Of a stretch of DNA of 64,000 bases, positions 1-14,708 are shown piece by piece (position 1 is the first letter of the stretch; the number at the start of each line of letters is the position of its first letter). A program made the translations under genes and the position numbers. A model generated the notes under the pieces. That model saw only the letters and a list, made by a program, of their open reading frames with translations. It did no database searches and was not told the origin of the DNA. Origin of the DNA: Octopus vulgaris (taxonomy: Eukaryota); assembly GCA_951406725.2 (NCBI GenBank), contig OX597830.1:7626001-7690000 (forward strand), written 5' to 3'.

Positions 1-239
1 TTATAGGTAGGATCAATAAAAAAAAAGTACTCCACCCAATGAGAAACAATTATGATTTGCATTATTTACATTTGCAAAAGAGCAACAGATAGTTTCATGC
101 TTTAAGATACACTAAATTAACAGCTTTCTGTAATGACATGAATCTCCAAGCGATCTTTCAGGCTCAGTTCATAACGGTAGACATATTTAGAAACCAAGAC
201 GATAGTCTATATCGGTGTGCTTACTATATTGTTTGTACC

Positions 240-575
240 CGTGGTCCGAGTTCAGTCTCACTGCGTGGCACCTTGGGCAAGTGTCTTCTACTATAGCCTC
301 GGGCCGACTAAAGTCTTGTGAGTGGATTTGGTAGACAGAAACCGAAAGAAGCCCGTTGTGTATATATGTATGTTTGCGTGTCTGTATTTGTCCCCCAACC
401 ATCGCTTGATAACCGATGCTAGTGTGTCTATGATCCCGTACCTTAGCGGTTCGGCAAATGAGACCGATAAGATATGTACTAGGCTTACAAAGGATACATT
501 CTGGGTCGATTTGTTCGACTAAAGGCGGTGCTCCAGCATGGCCGCAGCCAAATGACTGAAACAAATAAAAGAAAA
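240..575 (+). mobile_element. tRNA-derived CORE-type SINE (OR2-like octopus family), 5' degraded
   Basis: B-box-like GAGTTCAGTC, CORE-like GGCACCTTGGGCAAGTGTCTTCTACTATAGCCTCGGGCC, 3' tail GGCGGTGCTCCAGCATGGCCGCAG..TGACTGAAACAA; many copies in window. Confidence 0.8.
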
Positions 576-1016
576 AAAAGAATATTATCACTATATTTTA
601 TTTTACTTATCTCTAATTTATTTTATTTTATTTTATTTTTCTCATAAATAATTAAATAAATGGAAAACAAAAAAAAATTTAAAAACTTAAAAATTATAAA
701 GGGCTCGGACACGTGGAATATGGTAAGCACACGCACATACACACACAGATACATAAACGCCATAGAAAGATAGGAAGGGACACATGAGATGGAAGGGTCG
801 CTGAAGCGGTCACAGGTGTGCAACGAAAGATACCCAGACAATGGACATAAGATAAAATAAGAACGATAATAAACGAGTGAAGAACGAATATACAGTGTGT
901 GTGTTTATTTGGGAAGAAACAAAAAAATGACCGTCGCCATATATAACAATATGTTTCAACACACGATTTTATATCAGGAATCTTGCGAAACAAATTCATA
1001 AATATATATATATATA

Positions 1017-1086
<70 letters not shown>

Positions 1087-1096
1087 TATGTATAAA

Positions 1097-1138
<42 letters not shown>

Positions 1139-1330
1139 CATGTAAATATGCATGTTTGTATATATATATATATCGAGAGAGAGAGAGTGCGGTTATGAGA
1201 GGTAAAGGTGTCAGTAAGACCCAAAGGTGTCAGGTAATGCAGAGTAAGTACTATGGATAGACCATAGTTAAGTTCCATGTTCGGTGATTATGCGAATAAG
1301 GAGTCGAACCTAGGTCATATACTAGCGTGT

Positions 1331-1566
1331 ATATATACAATTTTTTTTTTCAGAATGAGATAAAAAAGACCGAGGCTGTGAAGATTTTAGAGCATTTATA
1401 AATAGAAGGTCATACAGCTGTTTCCAGGATATTTATTATATCCGTTCACCGTCTCCGATGAAGGAATATAATATATATCTGGAAGCAGTTGTAAGACCTA
1501 TTTATAAATGTACTAAAATCTTCACAGCCTTGGTTTTTTATCACATTCTGAAAAGAAAATTGTGTG

Positions 1567-1570
<4 letters not shown>
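1331..1570. mobile_element. Fold-back (~110-bp arms) of a Penelope-like pLTR in (TA)n
   Basis: CAGAATGAGATAAAAAAGACCGAGGCTGTGAAGATTTTAG.. is the reverse complement of ..CTAAAATCTTCACAGCCTTGGTTTTTTATCACATTCTG; arms contain a hammerhead-like motif. Confidence 0.7.
1451..1497 (+). ncRNA. Degenerate type I hammerhead ribozyme
   Basis: GTCT-CCGATGA-A-GGAATATA..TATCT-GGAAGCAGTTGTA-AGAC; the opposite arm retains GGATAT/ATATCC and GAAACAGCTGTA. Confidence 0.55.
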
Positions 1571-1648
<78 letters not shown>

Positions 1649-1682
1649 TGTATGTATGTATGTATGTATGTATATATATTTG

Positions 1683-1804
<122 letters not shown>

Positions 1805-2059
1805 TAGATATAGATATATATATACACACATGTATGTGCGTGATGTGTTTGTGTCTTTGGCTGTGGTTAGAACAATTTGTCGTTGCTAATCCCATCTCTT
1901 TGGAAACTTTTGGTCAATATCGAAACCAGAATGTCACCGCCAGATATGCTAGTCTGTATTTCCGCTTTCATTTTGTGAAGTCAGCTGTGGTTTCAATTGG
2001 AAAAAAATCTCCACGCAAGCCTTGTGTACAAATAGGGAGCAATTTAGCCCATTGGGAAA

Positions 2060-2235
2060 AATGCTTAGCGGCATTTCGTCCGTCTTTACGTTCTGAGTTC
2101 GAATTCCACCGAAGTCCACTTTGCATTTCAACCTCTTGGAGTTGATAAAATAAGTACCAGTTGAGGACTGGGGTGGGATGTAATCGACTTAACCCGTCCC
2201 CCAAACTGCTGGCATTGTGCTAAAATGTCAAATTT
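2060..2235 (+). mobile_element. tRNA-derived SINE, second family (OK-like), degraded
   Basis: AATGCTTAGCGGCATTTCGTCCG..GAGTTCGAATTCC..GATAAAATAAGTACCAGTTGAG. Confidence 0.7.
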
Positions 2236-2326
2236 ATATTCACGTCATAGATGCATAATTATATACATAATGATATATAAACATACATATCTGCATACAC
2301 AAATATTTCTATAACAACGATGTGTT

Positions 2327-2368
<42 letters not shown>

Positions 2369-2923
2369 TGTCTGGGGAGAGTCATTGTCTTTATGATTCA
2401 ACACCTTACACTGTTAAGTTTTAGAAATTTTACATATATATCCTTCAACATACACACATGCACACACACTCACACCTACACACACTTGTATGACGATATG
2501 CATGTATGTATACATATATACAGCTGTATATATATATATATATATATATACAAGTATACACACACACACATATATACACACGCATATACACGCACGCATA
2601 CATACACACATGTATGTGTGTGGGTGTGTATGTATGTATAATATATTTGTGTATATTATTTTACACCTTACCATGTGTAGCGTACCTTGTCAAGGTGGAA
2701 CGGGAACAATCAATCATGGCGATCAGGGCATTTCCGTTGCAGCCACCTGTCAGGCAGGTGACCGAGAAAAATGGCGTATGCACCACACTGAGATTTGTTA
2801 ACGTTTACCAAAACCCATAGATCACAGTGAAGCGTGGCACCGGGAAACGGGTAGGTTTACGGGGCTGTCTTAGTCACCTGTCCTCATGCACTTATAAACG
2901 ATTCTGTATATACGTCATATGTA

Positions 2924-3031
<108 letters not shown>

Positions 3032-3156
3032 TCGGTATATATATACACACGCACACGTTCAGGTATTGATATTCACATCGACGTGTTTTTGAGTGTATAT
3101 ATGTGATGAGACGTGTATAGGTAGATATCGAATACGCGCATAAACACATAGATATA

Positions 3157-3193
<37 letters not shown>

Positions 3194-3234
3194 AAAGACA
3201 TCGATAATGCCATATATTCACGACACAATAGAAT

Positions 3235-3326
<92 letters not shown>

Positions 3327-3690
3327 CTGTATATAGCTTCAATATAATATATATATAGATTCATACACACACACACCCGCTCACACGCATATATGTATGT
3401 ATGTATGTATGTATGCATGCGTGTACATATTGTTGTCTATACGTATCCTTCTCTCTATGCATAAGTCTTGGCGATTATCAGCGCAAATAACGCGTGGTAT
3501 TATGCATTAAGAGTCATAAAGCTATAAAGGGATGCAACAGGTGCTCCGGACGTTTTAACAACGAGGAATTGGCAATAAAGTGCAATGAAACTGTGTGCGA
3601 AATCTGGAAAAGGGGATGCCCCAGAATGGTCGGAGTCAGAGGACTATATATATACATGACATACACGCATGCCCACACACTTCCTCATAT

Positions 3691-3775
<85 letters not shown>

Positions 3776-4096
3776 TAGATACGTATATAAACAGATGGAT
3801 AGGTGGATGGATGGATGGATGGATGGATGGATAGGATAGACGACTGTATTATATGAGTCACACCTATACATACTGTCTACATCCATGTGTACCTGGATAA
3901 ATGGTTGATCGTATCTCAGGTGAGAACATGGTTTGTGGATCCAGGTGAAAATGAAAACATGCGAACGTACCATCTCTTGATTTTGCATTGAGGCCAGAAT
4001 GAAATTTCATCAATAGACACACACACACACACACACATACATACATACATAGCTGTAAACATATGCATTTGAATACATATATTAAAAACACGTACT

Positions 4097-4201
<105 letters not shown>

Positions 4202-4231
4202 ACATACATATACATATATATATATGTATAT

Positions 4232-4303
<72 letters not shown>

Positions 4304-4480
4304 GTATATATATGTATATATATATATATATATATATTCGTGTGTATGTATATTTTCATATATGTATGTATATTTTTATATGTAGCTGGATAAACATGTA
4401 TATATATATATATATACATACATACACACATATATATATATATATATATATACTATATATTATATGTATTTATATATAAA

Positions 4481-4572
4481 TGTGTGATATGATGGAGTAG
4501 TTCAGTGTGTATATATATATATATATGTATGTATATATACATATACACTGAGCTACTCCATCATATCACACA
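4481..4572. repeat. 28-bp inverted repeat flanking a (TA)n tract
   Basis: TGTGTGATATGATGGAGTAGTTCAGTGT ... ACACTGAGCTACTCCATCATATCACACA (1 mismatch). Confidence 0.8.
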
Positions 4573-5162
4573 CATGTACAATGATGGAAAGGTAGATTTA
4601 GTCGGGTGCTTTCGGGTTTTTCTTTTTAAATACTTTTTATATGTTTATTAATTTATTTTTATTTTATTTTTCATTATTTTTTTTTTGTCAATTTTCTTTC
4701 TTTCTTGTCTTGCTCTTATTTCCTGCTGACCGTCAAACGGAAATTAGATATAAACCTATAACTAAAACAGGTTAGCAGAAAACAGCGTTCAACATCAACA
4801 ACTACCTGCCTTGTTTATTTATTGATATTATTTACCTGCAGTTAAATCAATGTTAAGTCTAGAGTTTCGCTGACCAATCTCTTTTCTGAGCTGGCTTTTT
4901 TTTTCCTGCAATTTTTGTATGTTTTATTAATGGATTTATATATTTATTTGTGTCTTGGTTTCTATGTTTATTTGTGTTGCAGAGACTGGGGTATAAAATT
5001 AACGGACTGTCGAAATCTGGTGCAACATTTATTGTAATGAAATATAAACTTAAAAACTTGAAACCCTGCACACCATGTACACGCACATAATACACGTGTA
5101 TGTGTGTATGTATATATTGATATATTTACATATATATATATATATAAATATATATGTCTGTT

Positions 5163-5204
<42 letters not shown>

Positions 5205-5268
5205 CATACATATATATATATATATACATACATATATATATACATACGTACACACAAACTTACACAAG

Positions 5269-5322
<54 letters not shown>

Positions 5323-5434
5323 CATAAATATATATACACGCATATATATATACATATGTATTTATATGTATTTATATACAATTTATATACACCTATATAT
5401 AAGTATATTTAGATAGATAAGTAGATAGATAGAC

Positions 5435-5510
<76 letters not shown>

Positions 5511-5512
<2 letters not shown>

Positions 5513-6750
5513 GGTATCTCAGAAAAATTTATGTAGATTTAACAGTTGATAACCCAGGTCCCATAGCTTTTAGACTTAACACATTAGAAATAACTAACAG
5601 AGCCAGATTTTGCTTTAAACGATGAAATTTAAGCTGAGAGTCCTAAAGAATGTTTCGAAGTGCAAAGATCGTGTAGGAGGGAGTTTTTCAAACAGATCTG
5701 TCTGTGCAACTTACGATCGCTCGATTTTAAAAAAAAGACTTGAAGCCGATGGACTGTTCAGAATTTCTGTAAGAAAAAGTCCAAGAAGACCCTTGACATC
5801 AACGGATCCGTAGAAAGTAAAAACGGGCACTAGAAACATTGCCTGAATTCCAGAAAATTTGTGCGGCAAGCGAGTTCATAAGATAATAATTTCAAAATTA
5901 ATGCTTGCATTGCATTTTCAAAGGCTGCTATCAGAAGGGTTACATTCTGAGAATACTTTCAATGAAGGTAATCCGAATTGAAGAATCAGATTTTTCCCGT
6001 GTTACTTGGCAGGATTTCTAGAAAATGCACACTTTCCAAGAAAAGTGGGTTGGAGTCGTGTTGCTACATTTAAAGTAGTGATTCTCAACTGAGGTCTGTA
6101 TGACCCTTGGGGTCCACATAAGATTTTAAGCGCAATATGACCCTTGGGGGTCTACATAAGATTTTATGCACAATACGACCCTTGGGGTCAACGTAAGATT
6201 TTATGCACAATATGACCCATGAGGGTCAACATAAGATTTTATGCGCAATATGGCCCTTGGGTGTCCACATAAGATATTATGCGCAATATGACCCTTGGAT
6301 GTCCACAACCGTCACTCATACATATCTGGGGACCTGAGTGTCCGCACATTACCGAGGTACATGTTATTAACTTTGCAGAGGCCGCAGTATCGATGCAGCG
6401 GCAAAAGAGATTAATGGGCCATTCTTTTTCGACGGTATTGTGACTGAAGATGTGGGTTTATATTTCCATCGGGGTGGGGATATTGCACAGCACCATAGTA
6501 ATATAACCTCGATAAGATTTTACCAAACATCTGGAATAAACGAAGAGATTCGGTAGAATGCCCTTCATGCTCACCGGGCGTCACAACACTTGATTTCTTT
6601 TTTTTTTGGGGGGGGCAGTTAAAGGGGTAATAGTCGAGGGTTCAGGGGAACCATTGAACAAGAATGCCATCAACGCAAATGTCGAACGCAATGTTTCTTG
6701 ATATTTGCAATTCCATTGTTTCGCGTTATCAGTAGAGCTGCAACCATGTT
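5511..6750 (+). mobile_element. Heavily degraded Tc1/mariner (rosa/DD41D-like) transposon
   Basis: Starts AGGGTATC (TIR-like); relic motifs IWGPECPH (~6323), GPFFF (~6416) and CSPGVTTLDFFF..G (~6573), similar to WPPRSPDLTPLDFFLWG. Confidence 0.55.
6075..6307 (+). repeat. 37-38-bp minisatellite (~5.5 copies) following a hAT-like terminus
   Basis: Unit TATGACCCTTGGGGTCCACATAAGATTTTATGCGCAA, preceded by TAGTGATTCTCAAC (CAGTGGTTCTCAAC-like). Confidence 0.75.
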
Positions 6751-7035
6751 TGTGTGTGTGTGTGTAGGCATATATGTATGCATGTACGCATGCATCTATG
6801 TATGTATGTATATATATGTATGTACATAAGTATGTATGTTTGCTTGCATTTTCGATTATTTTTCAGAATATTTTTCTACGGTGTTGGCTTTGTGGTGGTT
6901 TGCTGTGTAACAGAGTTCTTTCCTTTCTTCCATTCTTTGTTTCTTTCTCGTTTTCATTCCTTCGTACTTTTGTATTGTCTAGATTCTTTCATTTCGTTTT
7001 CTACCCCCTACTAGTTCCTTCTGTTTGCAATTTAG

Positions 7036-7154
<119 letters not shown>

Positions 7155-7172
7155 CATATATATACACACATG

Positions 7173-7203
<31 letters not shown>

Positions 7204-7984
7204 AGATGTGTGTAAATGTCTATATATATTCATACATATATATCGATATATGTGTGTACGCGTGCGTGTGTTTGTATGTATATATAACTGTGTGTTTGTG
7301 TGTGTATGCGAAGAAATTAAAAAAGAAGAGCTTAGAAAAAAAATCGACCGAAAACATTAGAAAGTAATTTTAAATGTAATAAAATAAAATAGAATAAAAT
7401 AAAAATATAAATACAATAAAATAGAATAGAGCTGGGTTAGATCCGATAGAATATAAGGCATGGTGTCAAAAAGGAAGAAGACAAAGAGGAGAAAGAAACG
7501 CCATTCACACACACACGCATGCGCACACACACACGCACGACTAAACCTGAAAGGTCACAAGAAGGTAATTTGACCTTTCAGAGACTACGAGATAAACGAT
7601 GCACACGCACACACACGCACGCACACATACATACATACACACACATACACACACACACAGAAGCAACATCGTTCTGGAGACATTTCAACGCCGTTCCATC
7701 TTTTGTTAGCAGAAAAAAGGACGTTGGTGAAGGTATGAACTTAGGAGAGAAACTTGACTGATTGCTCTCTTTAATATCACATCGGACCTAAAAATCCACC
7801 CCTCCCCGTACTCACTCCCCTCCCACCTTCTCTCTTTCCCCAGCTCTTTCTCTCTCAATCTCCATCTCTTTCTCTTTCTCCCCCCTCTCTGTCTCTCTCT
7901 CTAATTGTCATCTACCTCTTCACTTCTTCGCTGTGTCTATATATCCCTCGACGATCTCCAAGAGTCTCTTTCTCTCTTCCTCGG

Positions 7985-8040
<56 letters not shown>

Positions 8041-8139
8041 TGTATGTATGTATATATATATATATATACACAATTATATATACTTATATATAGATACATA
8101 TATATATATACTTATATATATATATACATATATATATAC

Positions 8140-8210
<71 letters not shown>

Positions 8211-8460
8211 CATACATATGTGTGTATATGAATGTATGCATGTATGTATGTATGTATGTATGTATGTTTGTATGTTTGTATGTTTGTATGTATGCATGTA
8301 AGAGTCTGTGTGAAGCTATATATCTCCGATTCTGTTTGCTTGACACTTTATTCTGACTATTGGCAAATACAACGGTTCTGTTGCTTTCCGTCAGTGTGTA
8401 TATGTGTACCCATATACATACACGTGTCTATACATTAACAGCTATATGTGGTGTTTGCTT

Positions 8461-8499
8461 AATACTAATGTTTCGCACGAGGAAGGCTTATCAGGCATT
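8461..8499 (-). ncRNA. Degenerate minimal type I hammerhead
   Basis: Minus strand AATGC-CTGATAA-GC..GC-GAAA-CATTA-GTATT; core G8 mutated. Confidence 0.4.
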
Positions 8500-9099
8500 G
8501 TTGGATAACGCCTGTTATTTCATACATGTATATTGATTCCTGAAATACATAAAAAAAAAAAACAATCCTTACGTGGCAGTGGTCGTTCATTAAATTTTTA
8601 AGACTCGTATCTTTGTTGACTCTCGTATGCGTGAGTCTTGCGTCTATGCATGTGTGTTCCTTCAGAAAGTTTGATGAATGAATGTGTTGCTATTTAAATG
8701 TGTGTGTGTATTACGCATGTATATATTATGTATATATGCAGGTATTAAGGTATACATGAATGTATGTATGTATGTATATATCTAGGTATGTATGTATAAT
8801 TTTGTGTCTGTGACTGCCATATGATACCGGTTAATGTGTCAGTTTATTAAAAGAAGTAAAACAAAATTTCGGTGTGAGTTTTTGAAAAGTAAATGGAATA
8901 GAAGAACGAATGATTTAATTTATTGTATTATTCCTGTATATTCGTTTATTTTGGGAAAGGTCAGAAGATTGCTATGTAGGGGAGTTCACTCTGACGTTAC
9001 TACTAATTAAGGCGCGAAATATTATTTGAAGAGGGAAGAAAGAGAGAAAAATGTGTTTTGTTTGATATATTATTAGTGCTGTTGGCTTGCCATTATGGC

Positions 9100-9700
9100 A
9101 TTTAACGATATGTTTTAGCATGTGAGGGCATGAAAAAATTAATTCTGTGTTTATACAATGTTTTGGTTGGGTGTTTCAGAATTCATAACCTTTCTAGAGT
9201 GCAAAGGCTACAAAAAGTTACATTTGATTGTGTATACGGTGCTGATTTACCAAAGAGTCATCATTTAATAATATGGGGTGTATTGCTATTTTTCAGAAAC
9301 CAGATAGTGTTGCCAGTGTTGCATCCCATCTCCTTTGTAATGTTCAAAGCGTATAATTATGTTGATAAGGTCTGTTCTTTCATTGCTTAGCAGTTATCCC
9401 TATATAACCACTGATATTTTGATTAATGTGTTGTTGCTGCATGTACCTGGTTTTTCTAAGCTATTACTGTTGACTGGGTAAATGCTTTGTCGACGGCAAT
9501 TGCATTTCGGTGTTCTCTTATTATCTCCGTGTTTGTTGTTCATTTTCATTTTGTGAAGCGATGCTATGGTATTAGTAGAAATTTGGTGGTAAATATCTAA
9601 TTTGAAAGAGATAGGATAATTGATCATCCTGTAATTATGTCCAAGAAGTAAGTGGATCTCTTTCAAATGTACTCTACAAATTTACATTGAGTTCTCTTTT
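9100..9700 (-). pseudogene. Possible highly degraded Penelope-like RT relic
   Basis: Minus-strand frames give TYFLDIIT then KLDIYHQIST, resembling PLE FLD..TDIY.KPT; lies upstream of the 8461 motif. Confidence 0.3.
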
Positions 9701-10351
9701 GCTTATTGAAATGCTACCGTATTTCTTTCAAATTTTGTGCCCCGACTTACATTATATAATGTTATTTTTAACTTGACAAAATGTGATTGGAAGGAAATGT
9801 GTCATCTAATTCTCTCCAGCTGAGAAGTCACGTAAGAACTTCCTCGTTAATTTGCTTGAAATATATGTATGCAGCAAGTCAGGGAAAGCTCAAGATAGCA
9901 ATCCACCATACTTTTAGTGAAGATAGCATGTCTTTGGATTGTACAGAGAGTCACGCTGTTACAAATCAGTGAAATCGGGATTCACAAAGACTTCTCGTCA
10001 TGGCAACAACAGAGTGTGTGAGAAACGAAGTCGAAAGTTTAGAGCAAAGAACAGATTGTCTTTATTTAATGGTGAAAACCGTCATGGATTAACCGCCTCT
10101 TGGTTTATAGAGTAACTCGATGAATGGCAGTAAAGTGTTGATATACAACAACGTTATTGGAGAATGAAATAACTTTAAAATATTAACTGGTAACATCCGT
10201 ATTGCCTGTGTCCTCTGTGCAGGGAAAGATATTGCGGGAAGGTGCTAACATTGTTGTGGTATTAATTCGAAGAAGGAAGCACCTTGAAATCCATTCTTCA
10301 AGAATACTTCAAATAATGTATTTGAAGCTTAAGTCTTAATGTATGTCTGTA

Positions 10352-10419
<68 letters not shown>

Positions 10420-10715
10420 CACACATCCACTGTTCATTAACGATCCGGGAGGAATATTCAATACAGATATAGAGTGTTGAAGTCCTTTATATATAATATG
10501 TCGTGTCACTTCACCTAATTTAAGTTGCCTGAAGAAGCAGCTGCAGGCTGTGGTGGAAGTTTCGTCGTAACAGGCCATTAGAGCGGTCTAAATGAGTATG
10601 TGTGAGTGTGTGCCTGTGTGTGCCTGTGTGTGTGTATGTATTTATCTTTCAGTGTGCTTCTGTGTATATGTGTATATCGCTATGTATGTCTAACTGGGCG
10701 TGTGTAAATGCGTGT

Positions 10716-10778
<63 letters not shown>

Positions 10779-11079
10779 TATCGCTTAGCCAACAGGGAAA
10801 GGGCATCGCTGATGACCCAGTGCAGGGCTTTGAGACTGATACTGGTAGGGAAGAGTATGGGGTGGAGTTATTCGCAGATTGAGAAATAAATGTTTCCAAG
10901 GTTCAAGTGGGCGGGGCGGGGGTGGCAGAAGGGATGACTTGGGTTAATCTGAGGGAAATATAAAATCTACCACCACACGATGTAAGGACGAGGGGTCTCT
11001 TCGGTTTTCCATCTACCAAATTCCAACCTCAAAGATTTCATCAAACCAAGGCTATGGCAAACACACACACACACACACA

Positions 11080-11128
<49 letters not shown>

Positions 11129-11257
11129 GCATGCGCGCACACACACGAATGCACGGACACTCATACACATGTATATCTATATAAACGTACGCATATACAC
11201 CCAAATATATATGGGAATATGCGTTTGTATATGCGTGTGTGTGTACGCCTATGTGTG

Positions 11258-11313
<56 letters not shown>

Positions 11314-11434
11314 TGTGTGTGTTTGCGTGTGTGCGTTTGCATATGTTGGGCGTGAAGACGAGAGCAAATGCAATGTCGAAGGACGCTGATCAGAATAAAC
11401 TCTGACATTTTTAAATCAAAATTTCACTATGTCA

Positions 11435-11514
<80 letters not shown>

Positions 11515-11592
11515 CATCTTCACTCAGCCTTTGTTTTGTTCGCGATCGTTCGTGCCACAGTTGTTATCAATATTATTATTATTATTATTATT

Positions 11593-11627
<35 letters not shown>

Positions 11628-11673
11628 TATTATTATCATTATTGTAGTTATTATTATTATTATTATTATTATT

Positions 11674-11714
<41 letters not shown>

Positions 11715-11728
11715 TATTATCATTATTG

Positions 11729-11763
<35 letters not shown>

Positions 11764-11770
11764 GTTATTA

Positions 11771-11810
<40 letters not shown>

Positions 11811-12392
11811 TTCAAGTTTATCACTTTTTGTCTTTTAATTTATATATTTATATGTATTCGTCATATTTTTTAGGTTTTGTTTATTAATTTCGTGTTTTGT
11901 TGCTGATGTTATTTTTATTGTTGTTGTTGTAGACGACTACAAAAGGTCATAGATCTGGTATTCAGACCAAGACAACGACAAAAAGGACGAAATAAAAATG
12001 AAAATCCTACATCCGGGCATCTCTTTTTTTCCTTCTTGCACAGATATATCCATCAATCCTTCTTTCTCTCTCTCTCACACACACACATACATACTCTCTC
12101 ACTCTGTATTATTCTCTCTCTCACTCTCTCTCTCTATCTCTCCCTATCTCTTACTCTCTTTCACTCTCTCTCTCTCCGACTCTCTCACTCCCCCTACTCT
12201 CTCTCTCTTTCTCTTACTCTCCCGTTCTCAGTCTCTTTTTTTCTTTGAATTTCATTACATTCCTTGTATTTTCATTGTCATATCGTTCGAAATTCTGTTC
12301 GAATTCACTCTTTTTTTCTAAATCGTCATAAATTTCTCCTTCTTCTTCATCTTCTTCTTCATCATCATCATCATCATCATCAACATCATTAC

Positions 12393-12439
<47 letters not shown>

Positions 12440-12440
<1 letters not shown>

Positions 12441-12650
12441 ACTAGCTGGCAGAATCCTTACTACCTTCGGATAAAATGCTTAGCTGCGTTTTTCTCGCCT
12501 CTTTATGGTTTGGCTTCAAGTTCTATGAAGGTCGACTATTCCTTTCATCGTTTTCGGTCGATAAAATATGTACCAGTCAAATACTAGGGGCGAGCAGATC
12601 GCTTACCTCCTCCCCATAAAATTGCTGCCCTAGTGTCAAAATTTGAAAGA
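12440..12650 (+). mobile_element. OK-like SINE, degraded
   Basis: AGCTGGCAGAATC..AAATGCTTAGC..CCTTTCATCGTTTTCGGTCGATAAAA. Confidence 0.7.
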
Positions 12651-12674
12651 ACTTTTATTATCATCTTTACTCAA

Positions 12675-13160
12675 AGCTCATATTTTAATTGCTCCTTTTC
12701 GTTGTACTAAGAGTACATCTCTGAGTGCCTTGTATATGTGCTGTGGTTTGACGTTCTTATTTTTACAGCATTGAAAGTGTTCTATGTATAATTCGTGCGG
12801 TACCAAACGGTGCTATTTTGCTGGAAATAGGGATATGTATTAATCTGCATGTTTTGTGCGGTGATATGTTTGCTCCCCCAACCAATTGTTCCGGGTTCAA
12901 TCACATTCCGTAGTTCCAAATTTAGTCTTAGATTTTAGATGCTTCACAGTTTTGCTTCTTCTTCTCCTTCATATCTTTCAGTTATGATGAACTCTGATTC
13001 AGAATTTTCGGTGTCTTTGTATCCTTAATAATAGGAACCCGTTTTTGTATTATTATTCATATTTTGTCACGATATTTATCAGTTTTCCTTAATTCTGAAT
13101 TAGATATTTTTGTAGTTATATAATGGTTATTTCAAATTATTTTCCAGGTATACAAAACCT
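12675..13160 (-). mobile_element. Degraded 3' end of R4/Dong-clade LINE
   Basis: Similar to 13684-13893 (TGCCTTG.ATATGTGCTGTG); frameshifted FGTARII motif on the minus strand. Confidence 0.5.
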
Positions 13161-13189
13161 CTACCGCCATTACTGTTGTTATTATTATT

Positions 13190-13450
13190 TTGGTTTGGCT
13201 CAAGCTCGGTCTTATTCCTGGCAGGGTTTATGTGGGCAACGGGTTACTACCCTTAACCTTGGCTATCCACAAGTTTTCAGCAGTCTTTCAAGTGCTAAGA
13301 ACCTTCCTAATAATCCTTGCTGTCCCTAAGAGACAAACTTTCGGTAGGAGCTCTACCGGGCACTCTATTCCAATCTCCGTCAATTTGTTTATACCCTAGC
13401 TTACTGATTCTAACGCACCAATTGTTATAGGCAAGATGTTTACAATTCTC
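13190..13450 (-). mobile_element. 3' end of R4/Dong-clade RLE LINE (family B)
   Basis: Minus strand encodes INKLTEIGIECPVELLPKVCLLGTARIIRKVLST*; flanked by (ATT)n. Confidence 0.75.
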
Positions 13451-13458
13451 TATTATTA

Positions 13459-13525
<67 letters not shown>

Positions 13526-13549
13526 CATCATCACCATTATTATTATTAA

Positions 13550-13630
<81 letters not shown>

Positions 13631-13683
13631 CATCATTATTATCATCACCATTATTATTAATATTATTATTATTATTATTATCA

Positions 13684-13893
13684 TTCAGTAGTTTTATTTT
13701 TATAGCGTGCTTTCACTTCACTACCGAGCGCAGCTCTGTGTGCCTTGGGTATGTGCTGTGATTTGTTGTGATGCTCTGATGGTTATTGTATGGAAAGTGT
13801 TCTGCGTAGGATGTGTGCAGTGCCTAGTAGTGCAATTTTCTGTATGTTATATGTGTTTGTAAGTCCTGGTATTTTTGTTATGTATTTGTCTGA
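13684..13893 (-). mobile_element. 3' end of R4/Dong-clade RLE LINE (family C)
   Basis: DKYITKIPGLTNTYNIQKIALLGTAHILRRTLSIQ* plus 3'UTR, embedded in (ATT)n. Confidence 0.8.
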
Positions 13894-13976
<83 letters not shown>

Positions 13977-14007
13977 GATTATGATTATTATGATCATTAT
14001 TATTATT

Positions 14008-14223
14008 GAGTGAGAGAGCAGTGCATGCCATCAAAATGACACTGGGGTAAAATATATGAAGCCCAGTATACCCATCATGACAACCTGTCTGATAAGGGTA
14101 CACCAGGCACACGCATCACAACCATATGTGCGCGACATGGTGATCTCATATCAAGATAAACAGCACATGACCTTGCAGCTGGGGTCCAGTTAGAATTTTC
14201 ATCCCGGTCAAAAGGTCCCTGAA
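14008..14223. mobile_element. Truncated copy of ~550-bp (ATT)n-targeting non-coding element
   Basis: Nearly identical to the left part of 36188-36741. Confidence 0.75.
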
Positions 14224-14236
14224 TTATTATTATTAC

Positions 14237-14294
<58 letters not shown>

Positions 14295-14295
14295 A

Positions 14296-14480
14296 AGGCG
14301 GCGAGTTGGCAGAATCGATAGCACGCCAGGCGAAATGCTAACCGTTATTTTGTCTGTCGCAGCGGTCAGAGATCAAATTCCGACTTTCGGGGTTGATAAA
14401 TTAATTACCAGTGGAGGACTGGAGTCGATGTAATCGACTAGCCCATCCCTACAAAACACAGGTTTTGTTCTTATAGTAGA
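14296..14480 (+). mobile_element. OK-like SINE
   Basis: GGCGGCGAGTTGGCAGAATCGATAGCACGCC head. Confidence 0.75.
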
Positions 14481-14487
14481 TAGTATT

Positions 14488-14568
<81 letters not shown>

Positions 14569-14649
14569 GACGTGGCAGAGTATTATGAGATTGCTGATTG
14601 GAGATATTGTGCCCACCAGGGGTTCGTATTGTTTCTCAAGTCACAACAA

Positions 14650-14708
<59 letters not shown>

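Noticed and set aside
6098-6307. CRISPR-like 37-bp repeats
   Set aside because: Contiguous units without unique spacers, eukaryotic context, no cas genes
10809-10835. CTGATGA-CCC..GGG hammerhead start
   Set aside because: No GAAA or stem III follows
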